Shown here: piece after piece, positions 18,949 through 31,120 of the stretch
Numbering within the stretch: the first letter of the stretch is position 1
How the letters are laid out: each line of letters begins with the position of its first letter
Assembly (NCBI GenBank): GCA_002279855.1
Contig: NCCY01000001.1
Coordinates: 1-44,333 of the forward strand
Direction of reading: 5' to 3'
From: Rhizobiales bacterium 12-68-15
GTDB taxonomy: Bacteria; Pseudomonadota; Alphaproteobacteria; Rhizobiales; Xanthobacteraceae
Length of the DNA: 44,333 nucleotides
Program-made: the position numbers and the translations under genes
Notes under the pieces: model-generated
Databases searched by the model: none
What the model saw: the letters and a program-made list of their open reading frames with translations, nothing else
Told to the model about the DNA's origin: nothing

Positions 18949-19001
18949 GGGCATCACAGGGTAAGATCCATGGATATCAAGACAATCGCTGTTCTCATTG
19001 A
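17988..19001 (+). CDS. IS481-family transposase
   Basis: MGQVLHGSATTT start; integrase-core DDE motifs FHIDIAE, LTDNG and NGQVERMNRTIK. Strong ribosome-binding site. The ORF reads through the right inverted repeat. Confidence 0.93.
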   Translation: MGQVLHGSATTTEAVRRAIQHSQESLRALAKRYGINQKTVAKWKKRTSVADLPTGPRAPTSTVLSIEEEAVIVAFRRHTLLPLDDCLYALQATIPHLTRSSLHRCLQRHGISRLPEVEGDKEPKRRFKSYPIGFFHIDIAEVQTAEGKLYLYVAIDRTSKFAFVQVVRKTGRTSASAFLVALIDAVPYRIHTVLTDNGIQFTFPPRYADGPTARYITHMFDMRCRENGIEHRLTKVKHPWTNGQVERMNRTIKEATVKRFHYDDHHQFETHLADFVAAYNFGRRLKTLRGLTPYEFICKCWTSEPERFILDPIQQMPGLNRASQGKIHGYQDNRCSH

Positions 19002-19809
19002 TACCAGTCCGTCGCGCGAAACGCGGATGGATTATGCGACCAATCTCGCGCGGCGCCACGGCGCGCACCTCATCGGAATATTCCTGCTTCCCCCGGACAT
19101 CGGCGGGGGGCTGGCTGCCTCCCATGTCCGCGGGCAAGCGGCGATCGCCAACCTTCTGCACCATCAACAAGCCCGCAAGGACGACATGATCCACGACGCG
19201 CGGGACATCTTCGAAAAGCACGCCGCCCGGCAGGATGTGCGTTGCGAGTTCCGTGTCCACGCGCCCCGCGGAGAAGATGAACGCCGCCTCGGCGCCCTGC
19301 ACGCGGATCTCGTCGTCGCTGCATCTCCGAAGGACTCCTGGCTCGACGACGGGCCGCCAGCCGATGTCGTGCAACTTGCGACCGGCGTCCCCTTCCTGCT
19401 CGTGCCGGAGAACTGGCGCAACATGGAACCGCCACAGCGCATTCTCATCGGCTGGAATGCAAGCCGGGAATCGCGCCGGGCCATCGGCGATTCCCTGCCT
19501 CTGCTGGCGCTCGCTTCATCGGTGACGGTGCTTATCGTGGATCCGCAGGCGACCATCCCCGCGGGAGAGGAGCCGGGGATGGAAGTCGCCATGTTCCTGT
19601 TGCGCCACGGTGTACGCCTGACCGTCGATCCCGTGCAGTCACACGGGCGAGCGATACCCGAGGTCATCTTGGAATACGCTGCGTCCAATGAGCACGATAT
19701 GATCGTGCTCGGCGCTTACAGTCATGCCCGCGCCCGGGAGATCATGCTCGGCGGCGTGACGCGTTCGCTCCTGGCGCAGTCGCCGATCCCTTTGCTCATT
19801 TCCCATTGA
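18970..19809 (+). CDS. Universal stress protein (tandem USP domains)
   Basis: Contains IKTIAVLID, RILIGWNASRESRRA and DMIVLGAYSHARAREIMLGGVTRSLL. Confidence 0.92.
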   Translation: MDIKTIAVLIDTSPSRETRMDYATNLARRHGAHLIGIFLLPPDIGGGLAASHVRGQAAIANLLHHQQARKDDMIHDARDIFEKHAARQDVRCEFRVHAPRGEDERRLGALHADLVVAASPKDSWLDDGPPADVVQLATGVPFLLVPENWRNMEPPQRILIGWNASRESRRAIGDSLPLLALASSVTVLIVDPQATIPAGEEPGMEVAMFLLRHGVRLTVDPVQSHGRAIPEVILEYAASNEHDMIVLGAYSHARAREIMLGGVTRSLLAQSPIPLLISH

Positions 19810-19962
19810 GCAGCAGGAGATCCGGGCAATGGTGTGAGTGGGCCTAGCCTGAGCCCTTTTTCTCCCCCGGTTCAGAAGAGAGTCCGAGGGCATAGTCGGG
19901 AGGATCATTCGCCTGCCGCCTATCGCGTACTCACAAGGTTTGCCCAGGCGATCGGCATTGCT

Positions 19963-20958
19963 TCATTCGGGTGTTTTTTTTGCGTTGTAGTGTCTTCCGA
20001 TGGCGACGATCTCGCCAGCGATGCCGCGGCGGAACAGGGAGACGGCGACGACGAAGATGACGCCCTGGATGACGAGCACCCACTCGCCCAGGCCGGCGAG
20101 GTAGTTCTGCATGGTCACGATGACCGCCGCCCCCACCACCGGGCCGAGGATGGTGCCCATGCCGCCCACCAGGGTCATCAGGATCACCTCCCCCGACATC
20201 TGCCAGGCGACGTCCGTGAGTGAGGCCAACTGGAACACCAGCACCTTGGTCGATCCCGCAAGTCCGGCCAGAGCGGCCGACAGCACGAAGGCGAGCAGCT
20301 TGTACTGGTTCACCCTGTAGCCGAGCGAGATTGCCCGCGGCTCGTTCTCGCGGATGGCTTTCAGGACCTGCCCGAACGGGGAGTGGATGGTGCGGTAGAT
20401 CACCAGGAACCCGAACAGGAAGATCGCCAGGACGAAATAGTAAAGATGGATGTCCTTCGTGATGTCAATGAAGCCGAGGAGCGCACGGCGCGGCACCGCC
20501 TGGAGGCCGTCCTCGCCGCCGGTGAACTTGGCTTGTAGGCAGAAGAAGAAGAACATCTGCGCCAGCGCCAGCGTCACCATGGCGAAGTAGATGCCTTGGC
20601 GACGGACGGCGAGCAGGCCGACGAGGAAGCTCAGCACGGTCGAGAACAGCACGCCGGCGAGGATGCCCAACTCCGGCGTGAATCCCAGCACCTTGATGGC
20701 GTGGGCAGAGATGTACGCCGAACCGCCGAAGAACATCGCATGGCCGAACGACAAGAGCCCCGTGTAGCCCAGCATCAGGTTGAAGGCGCACGCGAACAGC
20801 GCGAAGCACATCACCTTCATCAGGAACACTGGATAGACCGCGAATGGTGCGGCGAGGAGCAACGCGACTGCGATCAGCCCGAGCACCAGTGTCATCGGGA
20901 ACCTGGATGAGGTCGCGGAGGTGGTGACGGGCGCTGTGGTGGAGGAAGACGTTGTCAT
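19963..20958 (-). CDS. LIV-type ABC transporter permease (LivM-like)
   Basis: Contains GYTGLLSFGHA, GIYFAMVTLA, TGGEDG and AIRENEPRA. Confidence 0.92.
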   Translation of the reverse strand: MTTSSSTTAPVTTSATSSRFPMTLVLGLIAVALLLAAPFAVYPVFLMKVMCFALFACAFNLMLGYTGLLSFGHAMFFGGSAYISAHAIKVLGFTPELGILAGVLFSTVLSFLVGLLAVRRQGIYFAMVTLALAQMFFFFCLQAKFTGGEDGLQAVPRRALLGFIDITKDIHLYYFVLAIFLFGFLVIYRTIHSPFGQVLKAIRENEPRAISLGYRVNQYKLLAFVLSAALAGLAGSTKVLVFQLASLTDVAWQMSGEVILMTLVGGMGTILGPVVGAAVIVTMQNYLAGLGEWVLVIQGVIFVVAVSLFRRGIAGEIVAIGRHYNAKKTPE

Positions 20959-20968
20959 TGATGCGCCC

Positions 20969-21850
20969 TCACTTGGCCGTGCCGAACAGGCCGGCGGGTT
21001 TCACCATGAGCACCAGAGCCATGATGACGAAGATGACGGTGGAGGAGGCCTCGGGATAGAACACCTTGGTCAGGCCCTCGATCACCCCGAGGCCGAAGCC
21101 GGTGAGGATGGCCCCCAGGATGGAGCCCATGCCGCCGATCACCACCACGGCGAACACCACGATGATGAGGTTGGAGCCCATGGTGGGGCTCACCTGATAG
21201 GCGGGGGCGGCGAGCACGCCGGCGAGCGCCGCGAGGCCTACGCCGAAGCCGTAGGTCAGGGTGATCATGCGCGGCACGTCGATGCCGAAGGCCTGCACCA
21301 GGTCGGGCCGCTCGGTGGCGGCGCGCAGGTACGAGCCGAGCTTGGTGCGCTCGATGATGAACCAGGTGGCGAGGCACACCACGAGGGAGGCCACCACCAC
21401 GAAGGCGCGGTAGTTGGGCAGGAACATGAAGCCGAGGTTGGTGCCGCCCGGCAGGGGGTTGTTGTAGGGCAGGCCGGAGGAGCCGTACTGCCGGCGGAAC
21501 AGGCCCTCGATGATGAGGGCGAGGCCGAAGGTGAGCAGCATGCCGTAGAGGTGGTCGAGATGGTAGAGGCGGCGCAGCAAGGTGCGCTCCATCACCATGC
21601 CGATGAGCGCCACCATCACCGGCGCCACGACGAGCGCCCCCCAGAAGGGCACGCCCAGATAGTTGAGCAGCATCCAGGCCCCGAAGGCGCCCATCATATA
21701 CTGCGCGCCGTGGGTGAAGTTGATCACGTTGAGCAGGCCGAAGATCACCGCCAGCCCAAGGCTCAGCATGGCGTAGAAGGACCCGTTGATGAGCCCGAGC
21801 AGCAACTGCCCGAACAGGGCCTGAGGAGGTATTCCAAGAAGTTCGATCAT
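20969..21850 (-). CDS. LIV-type ABC transporter permease (LivH-like)
   Basis: Contains GLAVIFGLLNVINFTHG, VVVIGGMGS and KPAGLFG. Confidence 0.92.
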   Translation of the reverse strand: MIELLGIPPQALFGQLLLGLINGSFYAMLSLGLAVIFGLLNVINFTHGAQYMMGAFGAWMLLNYLGVPFWGALVVAPVMVALIGMVMERTLLRRLYHLDHLYGMLLTFGLALIIEGLFRRQYGSSGLPYNNPLPGGTNLGFMFLPNYRAFVVVASLVVCLATWFIIERTKLGSYLRAATERPDLVQAFGIDVPRMITLTYGFGVGLAALAGVLAAPAYQVSPTMGSNLIIVVFAVVVIGGMGSILGAILTGFGLGVIEGLTKVFYPEASSTVIFVIMALVLMVKPAGLFGTAK

Positions 21851-21859
21851 GACTTGCCC

Positions 21860-22579
<720 letters not shown>

Positions 22580-22580
22580 C

Positions 22581-23360
22581 TCAATGCGCTCCACCGGTGC
22601 CCATATAGGCCTCGATCACCTGCGGGTTCTTCGACACCTCCGAATAGGGTCCCTCGGTGAGGATCTCGCCGCGGGCGAGGACCGTGATGGTGTCGGAGAG
22701 GTCGGCCACCACGGACAGGTTGTGCTCCACCATCAGGATGGTGCGATTGGCCGATACCCGGCGGATGAGGTCCGCGGTGCGCGCGATGTCCTCGCGGCCC
22801 ATGCCGGAGGTGGGCTCGTCGAGCAGCAGCATCTCCGGCTCGAGCGCCAGGGTGGTGGCGATCTCCAGGGCGCGCTTGCGACCGTAGGGCAGCTCGACCG
22901 CCAGATGCCGGGCGTAGGATGTGAGATCAACGTCGGCGAGCAATTGCATGGCGCGGTCGTTGAGGACGTCGAGCGACGTCTCCGCGCTCCAGAAATGGAA
23001 CGAATTGCCCACCGGACGCTGCAGGGCGATGCGCACGTTCTCAAGCACCGTGAGATGGGGGAACGTTGCCGAAATCTGGAACGATCTCACCATGCCGAGG
23101 CGGGCGACGTCGGCCGGCTTGGTGCGGGTGATGTCGTGCCCGTTCAGGTGGATTGAGCCGCGTGTGGGCTCCAAGAACTTGGTGATGAGGTTGAAACATG
23201 TGGTCTTGCCGGCACCGTTCGGCCCGATCAGGGCGTGGATCGTGTGCCGGCGAATCCTCAGATCCACGTCCTTGACCGCAGCAAACCCCTTGAATTCCTT
23301 CGTAAGGCCGCGGGCGTCGACAATGTCGTCGCCTTTGGTCTGACTTGGTGGAGCGTTCAT
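22581..23360 (-). CDS. LIV-type ABC transporter ATP-binding protein (LivG-like)
   Basis: Contains GPNGAGKTT, LPYGRKRALE and LLLDEPT. GGAGG ribosome-binding site. Confidence 0.92.
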   Translation of the reverse strand: MNAPPSQTKGDDIVDARGLTKEFKGFAAVKDVDLRIRRHTIHALIGPNGAGKTTCFNLITKFLEPTRGSIHLNGHDITRTKPADVARLGMVRSFQISATFPHLTVLENVRIALQRPVGNSFHFWSAETSLDVLNDRAMQLLADVDLTSYARHLAVELPYGRKRALEIATTLALEPEMLLLDEPTSGMGREDIARTADLIRRVSANRTILMVEHNLSVVADLSDTITVLARGEILTEGPYSEVSKNPQVIEAYMGTGGAH

Positions 23361-23387
23361 CAATTCCTCCCCGGATCTCTTCTTGCT

Positions 23388-24593
<1,206 letters not shown>

Positions 24594-24873
24594 GGCATCA
24601 GGCCGCGCGCGGCCCCTCCTTGTCGGCCAGAAGCCGAGATCAGTGTCCGGACGTCCCGGCGCCCGTCTGGGCGAGCGCCTGTCCCAACGCAACACACCGC
24701 GGCGTTGCAGATGGGACGCACGGTAGCGGTCATCGCCCATAAGCCGACCGAAGGGCGTTCAGGGCGGCGACCATAGGAAGCCTTCGAGAGCCAGCTTTGA
24801 AAGCTGACGGGATCATCCCCCATGAGCCGATTAAGCCTTGCGTTGGCGGTTGGCGGTGAGACGCCGAGGGCGT

Positions 24874-26607
24874 TTAATGCGCGTTAGGCGCATTGTTGGC
24901 AATATGACGCGCGGCGATAAAACCAAACGTCATGGCTGGTCCGATCAGTGCTCCGCCGCCTGGGTAGCGGCCGCAGAAGATGCTGGCCCTGTCGTTGCCG
25001 ACGACATAGAGCCCGGACACCACGGAGCCGCCCGGCGTCAGGACACGTGAATACTGATCGGCCTTCAGGCCGGCAAAGTTTCCGATGTCGCCAGCATAAA
25101 CCCACACCGCGTAGAAAGGCGCTTTGGTGAGGGGCGCCACATTCGGGTTGTGAGGGTTGCTCGCATCGCCGAGGTAATATCCGTAGGTCGTCGTGCCTTT
25201 GCCGAACTCCGAATCCTTCCCGCTCATGGCGTTCTCGTTGTAGTTCGCGACCGTTTTGCCGAGCTCGTCCGGATCAACCCCGATCTGCGATGCGATCGCT
25301 GCAATCGACTCCGCCTTGTAGAGGTAGCCGGCGTCGATCAATGCTCTGGTCGATAGGAAGGGCTTCGCATAGCCGAGGCCATATTTCGAGAAGGCATTGT
25401 GGTCGCAGATCAGGAAGGCCCCGGTGGGGCGGCCGCTCTCCGGAGAGGCAATCATGCGCGCGACCAGATCATGGTAAGACATGCTCTCGTCGGCAAACCG
25501 GCGTCCATTCCGTAGCACGGCGATTACTCCGGGCTTGCCCTGATTGACCGAGTGGATGATAGCTCCGACCGTCCCATCCGGGTGGGGAACGCGGGAAATC
25601 GGCATCCAGGCTCCGGCATTTGGAATGTCCGATGTGACATAGCCCCCCGCCGACTCCGCCATGCGCGCGCCGTCGCCCACATTGCCGGGCGCGGTCAGCG
25701 AGATGTGCTCACCCTCCAGCGCAGGATGGGAATAGATCTTCGACCGGCGTTCCGTATTCTGGGCGAAGCCGCCACTGGAAAGCACCACGGCCCGCCGCGT
25801 CCTGACCCGGACAAGGCGTCCGTTGCGATTGACGATCGCCCCCGTGACCCGGCCGTTTTCGAGAATGAGCTCGGTGGCGGGTGCGAACGTCCACAGGGGT
25901 GTGCGCAGGCGAAACAGGGCGCTGGCAAGGCGGGCCACCAGGGCATTGCCGTTGACGAGCGTTTGCCCCCTGCCGTAGCGAACGGTGTCGTAACCGTATT
26001 TGAGCAGCAGGCTTGCGACCCGGATGGTCGAGCGAACCGATCGGCCAACCTTGTAGAAGTGGCTCAGGTCCGATCCTGACGAGATACCCATGCCGAAGAG
26101 GGAGAGCTCGCGTGGCAGTGGCCGCAGGCGCCGCAGCTCGGCACCGAGGATCCGAGCATTGACCGGCTCGACTTGCAGCGAGCGCCCATATGTCAAGGCA
26201 CCCGGTTGATTCGAATGGTAGTCTGGCATTTTTGTGCTGATGAAGGGGATGCCGACCTCGTTCATGAAGAAGTCGATCATCTCCAGTCCACGCGCGAGAT
26301 ATGTCTCGATCAACGCCTCATCATAGGCATTTCCCAGCTCGGCTTGCAGATAGCGACGGCAATTGTCGATATCATCTTCAACACCCGCCTTCGCCGCCAA
26401 TGAGTTGCCCGGAATCCAGACATAGCCGCCCGAGACGGCCGTCGTGCCGCCAAAGACCGGCGCCTTCTCCACCACGAGGACATCCAGGCCGGCCATCCGT
26501 GCGGTGATGGCTGTGGCCAGTCCGCCGGCACCGGACCCGACAATCAGGACATCGCACCAATGGTCGTCGCCACAGTCAACGCGGTCGCTGGCGTGTTTGT
26601 TGAACAT
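24874..26607 (-). CDS. FAD-dependent oxidoreductase, 3-ketosteroid delta1-dehydrogenase (KstD)-like
   Basis: Contains VGSGAGG, GGTTAVSGG, PDY, RFADESMSY and YPGGGALIGPAMTFG. Confidence 0.85.
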   Translation of the reverse strand: MFNKHASDRVDCGDDHWCDVLIVGSGAGGLATAITARMAGLDVLVVEKAPVFGGTTAVSGGYVWIPGNSLAAKAGVEDDIDNCRRYLQAELGNAYDEALIETYLARGLEMIDFFMNEVGIPFISTKMPDYHSNQPGALTYGRSLQVEPVNARILGAELRRLRPLPRELSLFGMGISSGSDLSHFYKVGRSVRSTIRVASLLLKYGYDTVRYGRGQTLVNGNALVARLASALFRLRTPLWTFAPATELILENGRVTGAIVNRNGRLVRVRTRRAVVLSSGGFAQNTERRSKIYSHPALEGEHISLTAPGNVGDGARMAESAGGYVTSDIPNAGAWMPISRVPHPDGTVGAIIHSVNQGKPGVIAVLRNGRRFADESMSYHDLVARMIASPESGRPTGAFLICDHNAFSKYGLGYAKPFLSTRALIDAGYLYKAESIAAIASQIGVDPDELGKTVANYNENAMSGKDSEFGKGTTTYGYYLGDASNPHNPNVAPLTKAPFYAVWVYAGDIGNFAGLKADQYSRVLTPGGSVVSGLYVVGNDRASIFCGRYPGGGALIGPAMTFGFIAARHIANNAPNAH

Positions 26608-26695
26608 GGGACGTTCTCTCGCTCTGAAGATATGATTTTTCTTGAGACATCGTTGCAGCAGCCGCGCGGCGGGGCCTCGCTTCGAATGGCGGCCC

Positions 26696-28801
26696 CTAGC
26701 CTCTGGCCCGGACGGGCCCCCGGGCAGAGGGCGGCCTGAGGAGAAGGGACAGGTCCCCGCGACGGGTGCCGGGGCCGGCGAGGGTCACGAGCGAATCGCA
26801 GTCGCTGATGAGCCGCCCGGGGTCCTCGTTCCGCGCCCAGTGAACCGGGCCACCCGCCCAGCGCGGAAAGCCGTAGCCGTTCACCAGAACCACGTCGATG
26901 TCGTCCGCATTCATCGCGGCGCCATCGGCAAGGGCAACGGCCGCCTCGTTGGCCAGAGCGAGCAGCGCCCGGCGAACGATTTCCTCGGCGGTGAAGGAAT
27001 GGCGCGTGCGCCCAGCGTCCGCCGAGGCGGCCAGAATGATGGCTTCCACCTCCGGATCGGGCGCACCGCGCGCGGGGCCATCCTTATAGCGATAATAGCC
27101 GGCTCCGGTCTTGCGACCGAGCCGTCCCATTTCGCACAGCAGGTCCGGGATGGTGACGTAACGCGCGGCCGGGTCGCGGGTGGAGGCCTGCTGCAGGCGC
27201 ATGCGCCAGGCAATGTCGAGGCCGGAGAGATCGGCCACGGCGAACGGCCCCATGGCGAAGCCGAAGGCTTCCAGGGCCTTGTCCACGTCCTGCGGAAGGG
27301 CCCCCTCCTCGAGCATGAACTCGCAGTGGCGACGATAGGCGGCATAAAGGCGGTTGCCGATGAAGCCGAACCGATTGCCGGCCACCACCGGCTGCTTGCC
27401 GAGCCGGTTCGCCAGGGCAAGACCCGTGGCGAGGGCGTCTTCAGCGCTGTCCTTGCCGCGCACTACTTCCAGCAGACGCATCACATGGGCGGGGCTGAAG
27501 AAATGCAGGCCGATCACGTCCTGCGGCCGACCCGTCGCGGCGGCGATGGCGTCCAGATTGAGATAGGAGGTGTTGGAGGCCAAGACCGCGCCGGGCTTGG
27601 CGAGGCCATCAAGGGTGCGGAACACCGCTGTCTTCACGGCGAGGTCTTCGACCACGGCCTCTGCGATGAGGTCACAGTCTGCAAGGGTGCCGAGGTCGAG
27701 GCCCGCCGTCAGGCGGGCGCTCATAGCGTTCACATCCGCTTCGGTCAGGCGTCCGGTTTCCACACGCCGGGCGATTTGGGCTTTGATGGTGGTAAGACCC
27801 CGTTGGAGCGCCGCCGGGTCTCGCTCGACCAGCACCACGGATAGATCCGTCTGGAGGGCGGCCAGCGCGATGCCCGCGCCCATGGTGCCCGCGCCCACCA
27901 CACCGAAACGGGCGAGGGGACGCGGCGGCACTTTGTTGAGGCCACCGCCGCGGGCGGCTTCGCGCTCTGCGAAGAAGAGGTGGCGGATCGCCTTTGCCTC
28001 GGGTGAAACCCTCAAGCGTTGAAAGTCGGCTCGCTCGTCGGCCAATGCCCGTGCGGCTGGCACGCTGCGGGCGGCGCGCACGTGCCGGATCGCAGCAGCA
28101 ATGTGGGGAAGGTTGCGGCCGGCCTTAAGGGCCGTTGCGGCGGCCACCTCCTCGTCGGCGCCGTCGTCGGGTACGGCACGCTCAATCACCAAGCTCTTGC
28201 GACCGGTGAGGGTAAGTGCAAGGGCCGTGGCGGCCGCGCGCAGGTTGCCCTTCGCCACCTGATCGATCATGCCGTAGCGCAAAGCCTCTTCGGCTTCAAC
28301 GCGGCGGCCGGAGCACACGAGATCGATGGCGAGGGTGGTGCCGACCATGCGGGGCAGGCGCTGGGTGCCGCCAGCGCCGGGGATCATGCCCAGCGTTGCC
28401 TCGGGCAGGGCCACCACCGTGGCGGCGGTTGCGATGCGAGCGTCGCAGCCGAGGGCCAGCTCGAAACCACCGCCTAGCGCTGCACCGTGCAACGCTGCCA
28501 CCACCGTCTTCGGGCAGTCCTCGACGGCGCGGATTACCGCCGGCAACTGAGGCTCGGCCAGTGGCAGGTCGAACTCCTTTAGATCGGAGCCGGAAATGAA
28601 GGAGCGGCCGTCACCCATGATCACAACGGCCGCAACCGAGGGGTCAGACGCTACCGCGGTCAAGGCTGCAAGTAGCCCTTCGCGCACCGCTAGGGAGCCG
28701 GCATTCACCGGTGGATTGTCGATGAGAATGACGGCGACGGCCCCCTCCCGCTCGGTGCGGACCGCGGGGCGGGGCTCGGCGGCAGGCGCTGAAGAGGTCA
28801 T
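26696..28801 (-). CDS. Bifunctional enoyl-CoA hydratase / 3-hydroxyacyl-CoA dehydrogenase
   Basis: Crotonase motifs GGGFELAL and LPEATLGMIPGAGGTQRLPR; dehydrogenase motifs GAGTMG, ASNTS and GLHFFSPA. Confidence 0.92.
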   Translation of the reverse strand: MTSSAPAAEPRPAVRTEREGAVAVILIDNPPVNAGSLAVREGLLAALTAVASDPSVAAVVIMGDGRSFISGSDLKEFDLPLAEPQLPAVIRAVEDCPKTVVAALHGAALGGGFELALGCDARIATAATVVALPEATLGMIPGAGGTQRLPRMVGTTLAIDLVCSGRRVEAEEALRYGMIDQVAKGNLRAAATALALTLTGRKSLVIERAVPDDGADEEVAAATALKAGRNLPHIAAAIRHVRAARSVPAARALADERADFQRLRVSPEAKAIRHLFFAEREAARGGGLNKVPPRPLARFGVVGAGTMGAGIALAALQTDLSVVLVERDPAALQRGLTTIKAQIARRVETGRLTEADVNAMSARLTAGLDLGTLADCDLIAEAVVEDLAVKTAVFRTLDGLAKPGAVLASNTSYLNLDAIAAATGRPQDVIGLHFFSPAHVMRLLEVVRGKDSAEDALATGLALANRLGKQPVVAGNRFGFIGNRLYAAYRRHCEFMLEEGALPQDVDKALEAFGFAMGPFAVADLSGLDIAWRMRLQQASTRDPAARYVTIPDLLCEMGRLGRKTGAGYYRYKDGPARGAPDPEVEAIILAASADAGRTRHSFTAEEIVRRALLALANEAAVALADGAAMNADDIDVVLVNGYGFPRWAGGPVHWARNEDPGRLISDCDSLVTLAGPGTRRGDLSLLLRPPSARGPVRARG

Positions 28802-30915
28802 CGGGCGTACTCCGCGACACGCACGAGTGCGTCCACGGCGACCACGCCCTCGCCCTCAGGCAGTATGAGGACGGGGTTGATCTCGGCGTCCAGCACCACT
28901 TGGTCCCTCAGAGCGGCAAGGCGAGAGACCGCGACAATGGCGTCCGTCAGAGCGTCCAGGTCACCCCTGGGCTTGCCTCGATAGCCCGCGAAGATCTTCA
29001 TCGCCCGCACCTCCTGGATCATGGCGCGAGCACCGTCACGATCCACCGGGGCGAGCCGGAGGGCGCGGTCGTGGTAGAGTTCGGTGAAGACACCGCCCGC
29101 TGCGAGAATCACGATCGGCCCCACCTGCGGGTCCCGCCGCAGGCCGATCAACGCCTCACCTAGGCCTCGCTGCATGGGCTGCACCAGGATGCGCGAAACG
29201 CTCGTGCCGGGCCGGCGTGCCTCCACCGTTCGGCGGATGTCTTCGATGGCGCGGGCAAGGGCCGCCTGGTCCTGGATGCCTAGCACGACACCGCCGACGT
29301 CTGTCTTGTGCGCAATGTTGGCGTCGAGCACCTTCGCCACGACGGGATAGGGGAAGGGCAGCTCCGGAATGTCGGTGCCCGGTGCCACGAGCGCGACCGG
29401 CGCGTGGGTGATGCCGACGGAACGAAAGAGATCGTAGGCCTCCGCCTCATCGAGCATGCGCGCGGGACCAGAAGTGGCGTAAGACGGCTCCAGCAAAGGC
29501 AGGTCCGGCCGAGGAGGGCGGCGGGAGAAGGCGGCGGCGATGACATCCCCGCAGGTTTCCGGCGACCGGAAATTCGGGATGCCGGCCGCGGCGAGGTGCA
29601 GGAGGGCATTCGGCGCGTCGGGTACGACGAAGGCGGCGAAGGGGCGTTCGTGCGTGCGAGCGGTATCCACCAGTGGCTTGACCGCCAGATCTGGCTGAAA
29701 GCGGGCGGAGGAGCCCACCGTCGCCAGCACCAGGTCGAACTCCGGCGCCTTGAGCATCACGTCAAGGGTCGCTTTCATGACGTCGTAACGGGTGCCCGCG
29801 AGAGTCAAGTCGACGATGCGGCCGTGCCCGCCATCCACGCCCGCCGCAGCGAGCCGCTCCCGGGTCGCGTCCGAAGGTGCGACCACGGACACGCCACGGA
29901 TTGCAAGCTGGTCCACGACCATGGCGGCGCCTCCGCCTGTGGTGGTCACCACCCCGACGGTCGGCGCGCGGTGGCGAGGGCTGGACGGTAATCGCTGGAG
30001 CAGGGGCAAGATGTCGATGAGCCCCTCGAAGGACTCGACCCGGGCGATGCCGCATTCGCGCAGGAAGGTGTCGGCAATGTCGTCTGCACCGGCGAGGGCG
30101 CCGGTGTGGGACACGGCAAGTTCCGCCGCCTCTGGCGAACGACCTAGCTTGTACGCGGCGACCGGCTTGCCCCGCTGCGCCGCCTGGAGAGCAAAGGCCT
30201 GCAACGTGTCAGCATGGCGCATGGTCTCGATGAAAAGCAGGTAGCCGGTAATCTCGGGATCATCGAGGGTCGCGGCGCAGATCTCGCCCATGGAGAGGTC
30301 GCTTTCCGCCCCAACCGAGACCAATCCCGCGAAGCCAACACCGCGTGCCTTGCCACGCGAGAGGAGCGCGCCGATGAGGCTGCCGGAGTGTGACCCGACA
30401 AAGACGGAGCCCACGGGCAGGTTGGGTTCGGCGAAGGCAGCGTTGGCGGTGAGAATCAGCTTTTCCTTCAGGTTGGCGACGCCGATGCTGGAGGGGCCGA
30501 GTACCCGCACGCCGTGGCGCCGCGCCACCTCCTTCAGCCACATCTCGTTGACAGCGCCTTCCGGCCCCGCTTCCGAGAAACCGCCGGCCAGGATCGTCGC
30601 CACCGGAATTCCGAGCCGCCCGCATTCCTCCACGGTGGTTATGGCCGCCTGCGTGCCGGTGAGGATGAAGGCGTGGTCCGGCACCTCCGGCAATGCCGAC
30701 AATGAGGGAAAGGCGGGCTCGCCCTGCACCGTTGCGCGAGAGGGGTTCACCGGATAGATGCGGCCGGCGAAACCCGCCCGGCGCAGAAAGGCGAGCGGGC
30801 GCGCCGCCGTCTTCGTCATATCGTCCGAGATGCCGACGAGGGCGACGGAGCGCGGATGCAGAAGGGCCTGGGCCCAATGGGGCGCTGAAGTGGAGATGGC
30901 GGGCAGGGAGATCAT
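28798..30915 (-). CDS. ADP-forming acyl-CoA synthetase (acetate-CoA ligase family, fused alpha/beta)
   Basis: CoA-binding PRSVALVG, phospho-His motif SHTGALAG, and ATP-grasp motifs HKTDVGGV and AEINPV. The start is uncertain (30915 or 30957). Confidence 0.88.
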   Translation of the reverse strand: MISLPAISTSAPHWAQALLHPRSVALVGISDDMTKTAARPLAFLRRAGFAGRIYPVNPSRATVQGEPAFPSLSALPEVPDHAFILTGTQAAITTVEECGRLGIPVATILAGGFSEAGPEGAVNEMWLKEVARRHGVRVLGPSSIGVANLKEKLILTANAAFAEPNLPVGSVFVGSHSGSLIGALLSRGKARGVGFAGLVSVGAESDLSMGEICAATLDDPEITGYLLFIETMRHADTLQAFALQAAQRGKPVAAYKLGRSPEAAELAVSHTGALAGADDIADTFLRECGIARVESFEGLIDILPLLQRLPSSPRHRAPTVGVVTTTGGGAAMVVDQLAIRGVSVVAPSDATRERLAAAGVDGGHGRIVDLTLAGTRYDVMKATLDVMLKAPEFDLVLATVGSSARFQPDLAVKPLVDTARTHERPFAAFVVPDAPNALLHLAAAGIPNFRSPETCGDVIAAAFSRRPPRPDLPLLEPSYATSGPARMLDEAEAYDLFRSVGITHAPVALVAPGTDIPELPFPYPVVAKVLDANIAHKTDVGGVVLGIQDQAALARAIEDIRRTVEARRPGTSVSRILVQPMQRGLGEALIGLRRDPQVGPIVILAAGGVFTELYHDRALRLAPVDRDGARAMIQEVRAMKIFAGYRGKPRGDLDALTDAIVAVSRLAALRDQVVLDAEINPVLILPEGEGVVAVDALVRVAEYAR

Positions 30916-31120
30916 GATACACACTGCTTGGGTGACGGATGCGGGGGCGCCCGACACCGGGTTTCATGGAAAGCGGCCAAGCCGCCGGTTCTTCTGCCTT
31001 GGCGACCCTGCCGAAGGCGTCATGTTCGCAGAAGGTGACGGGCATGCCGATGCCAGCTTGAGTGTTCCCGTCTTTTTTCGGTCTTGCCGGGCGAGAGCAA
31101 CTTCCTACTTGTCGGCCCAT

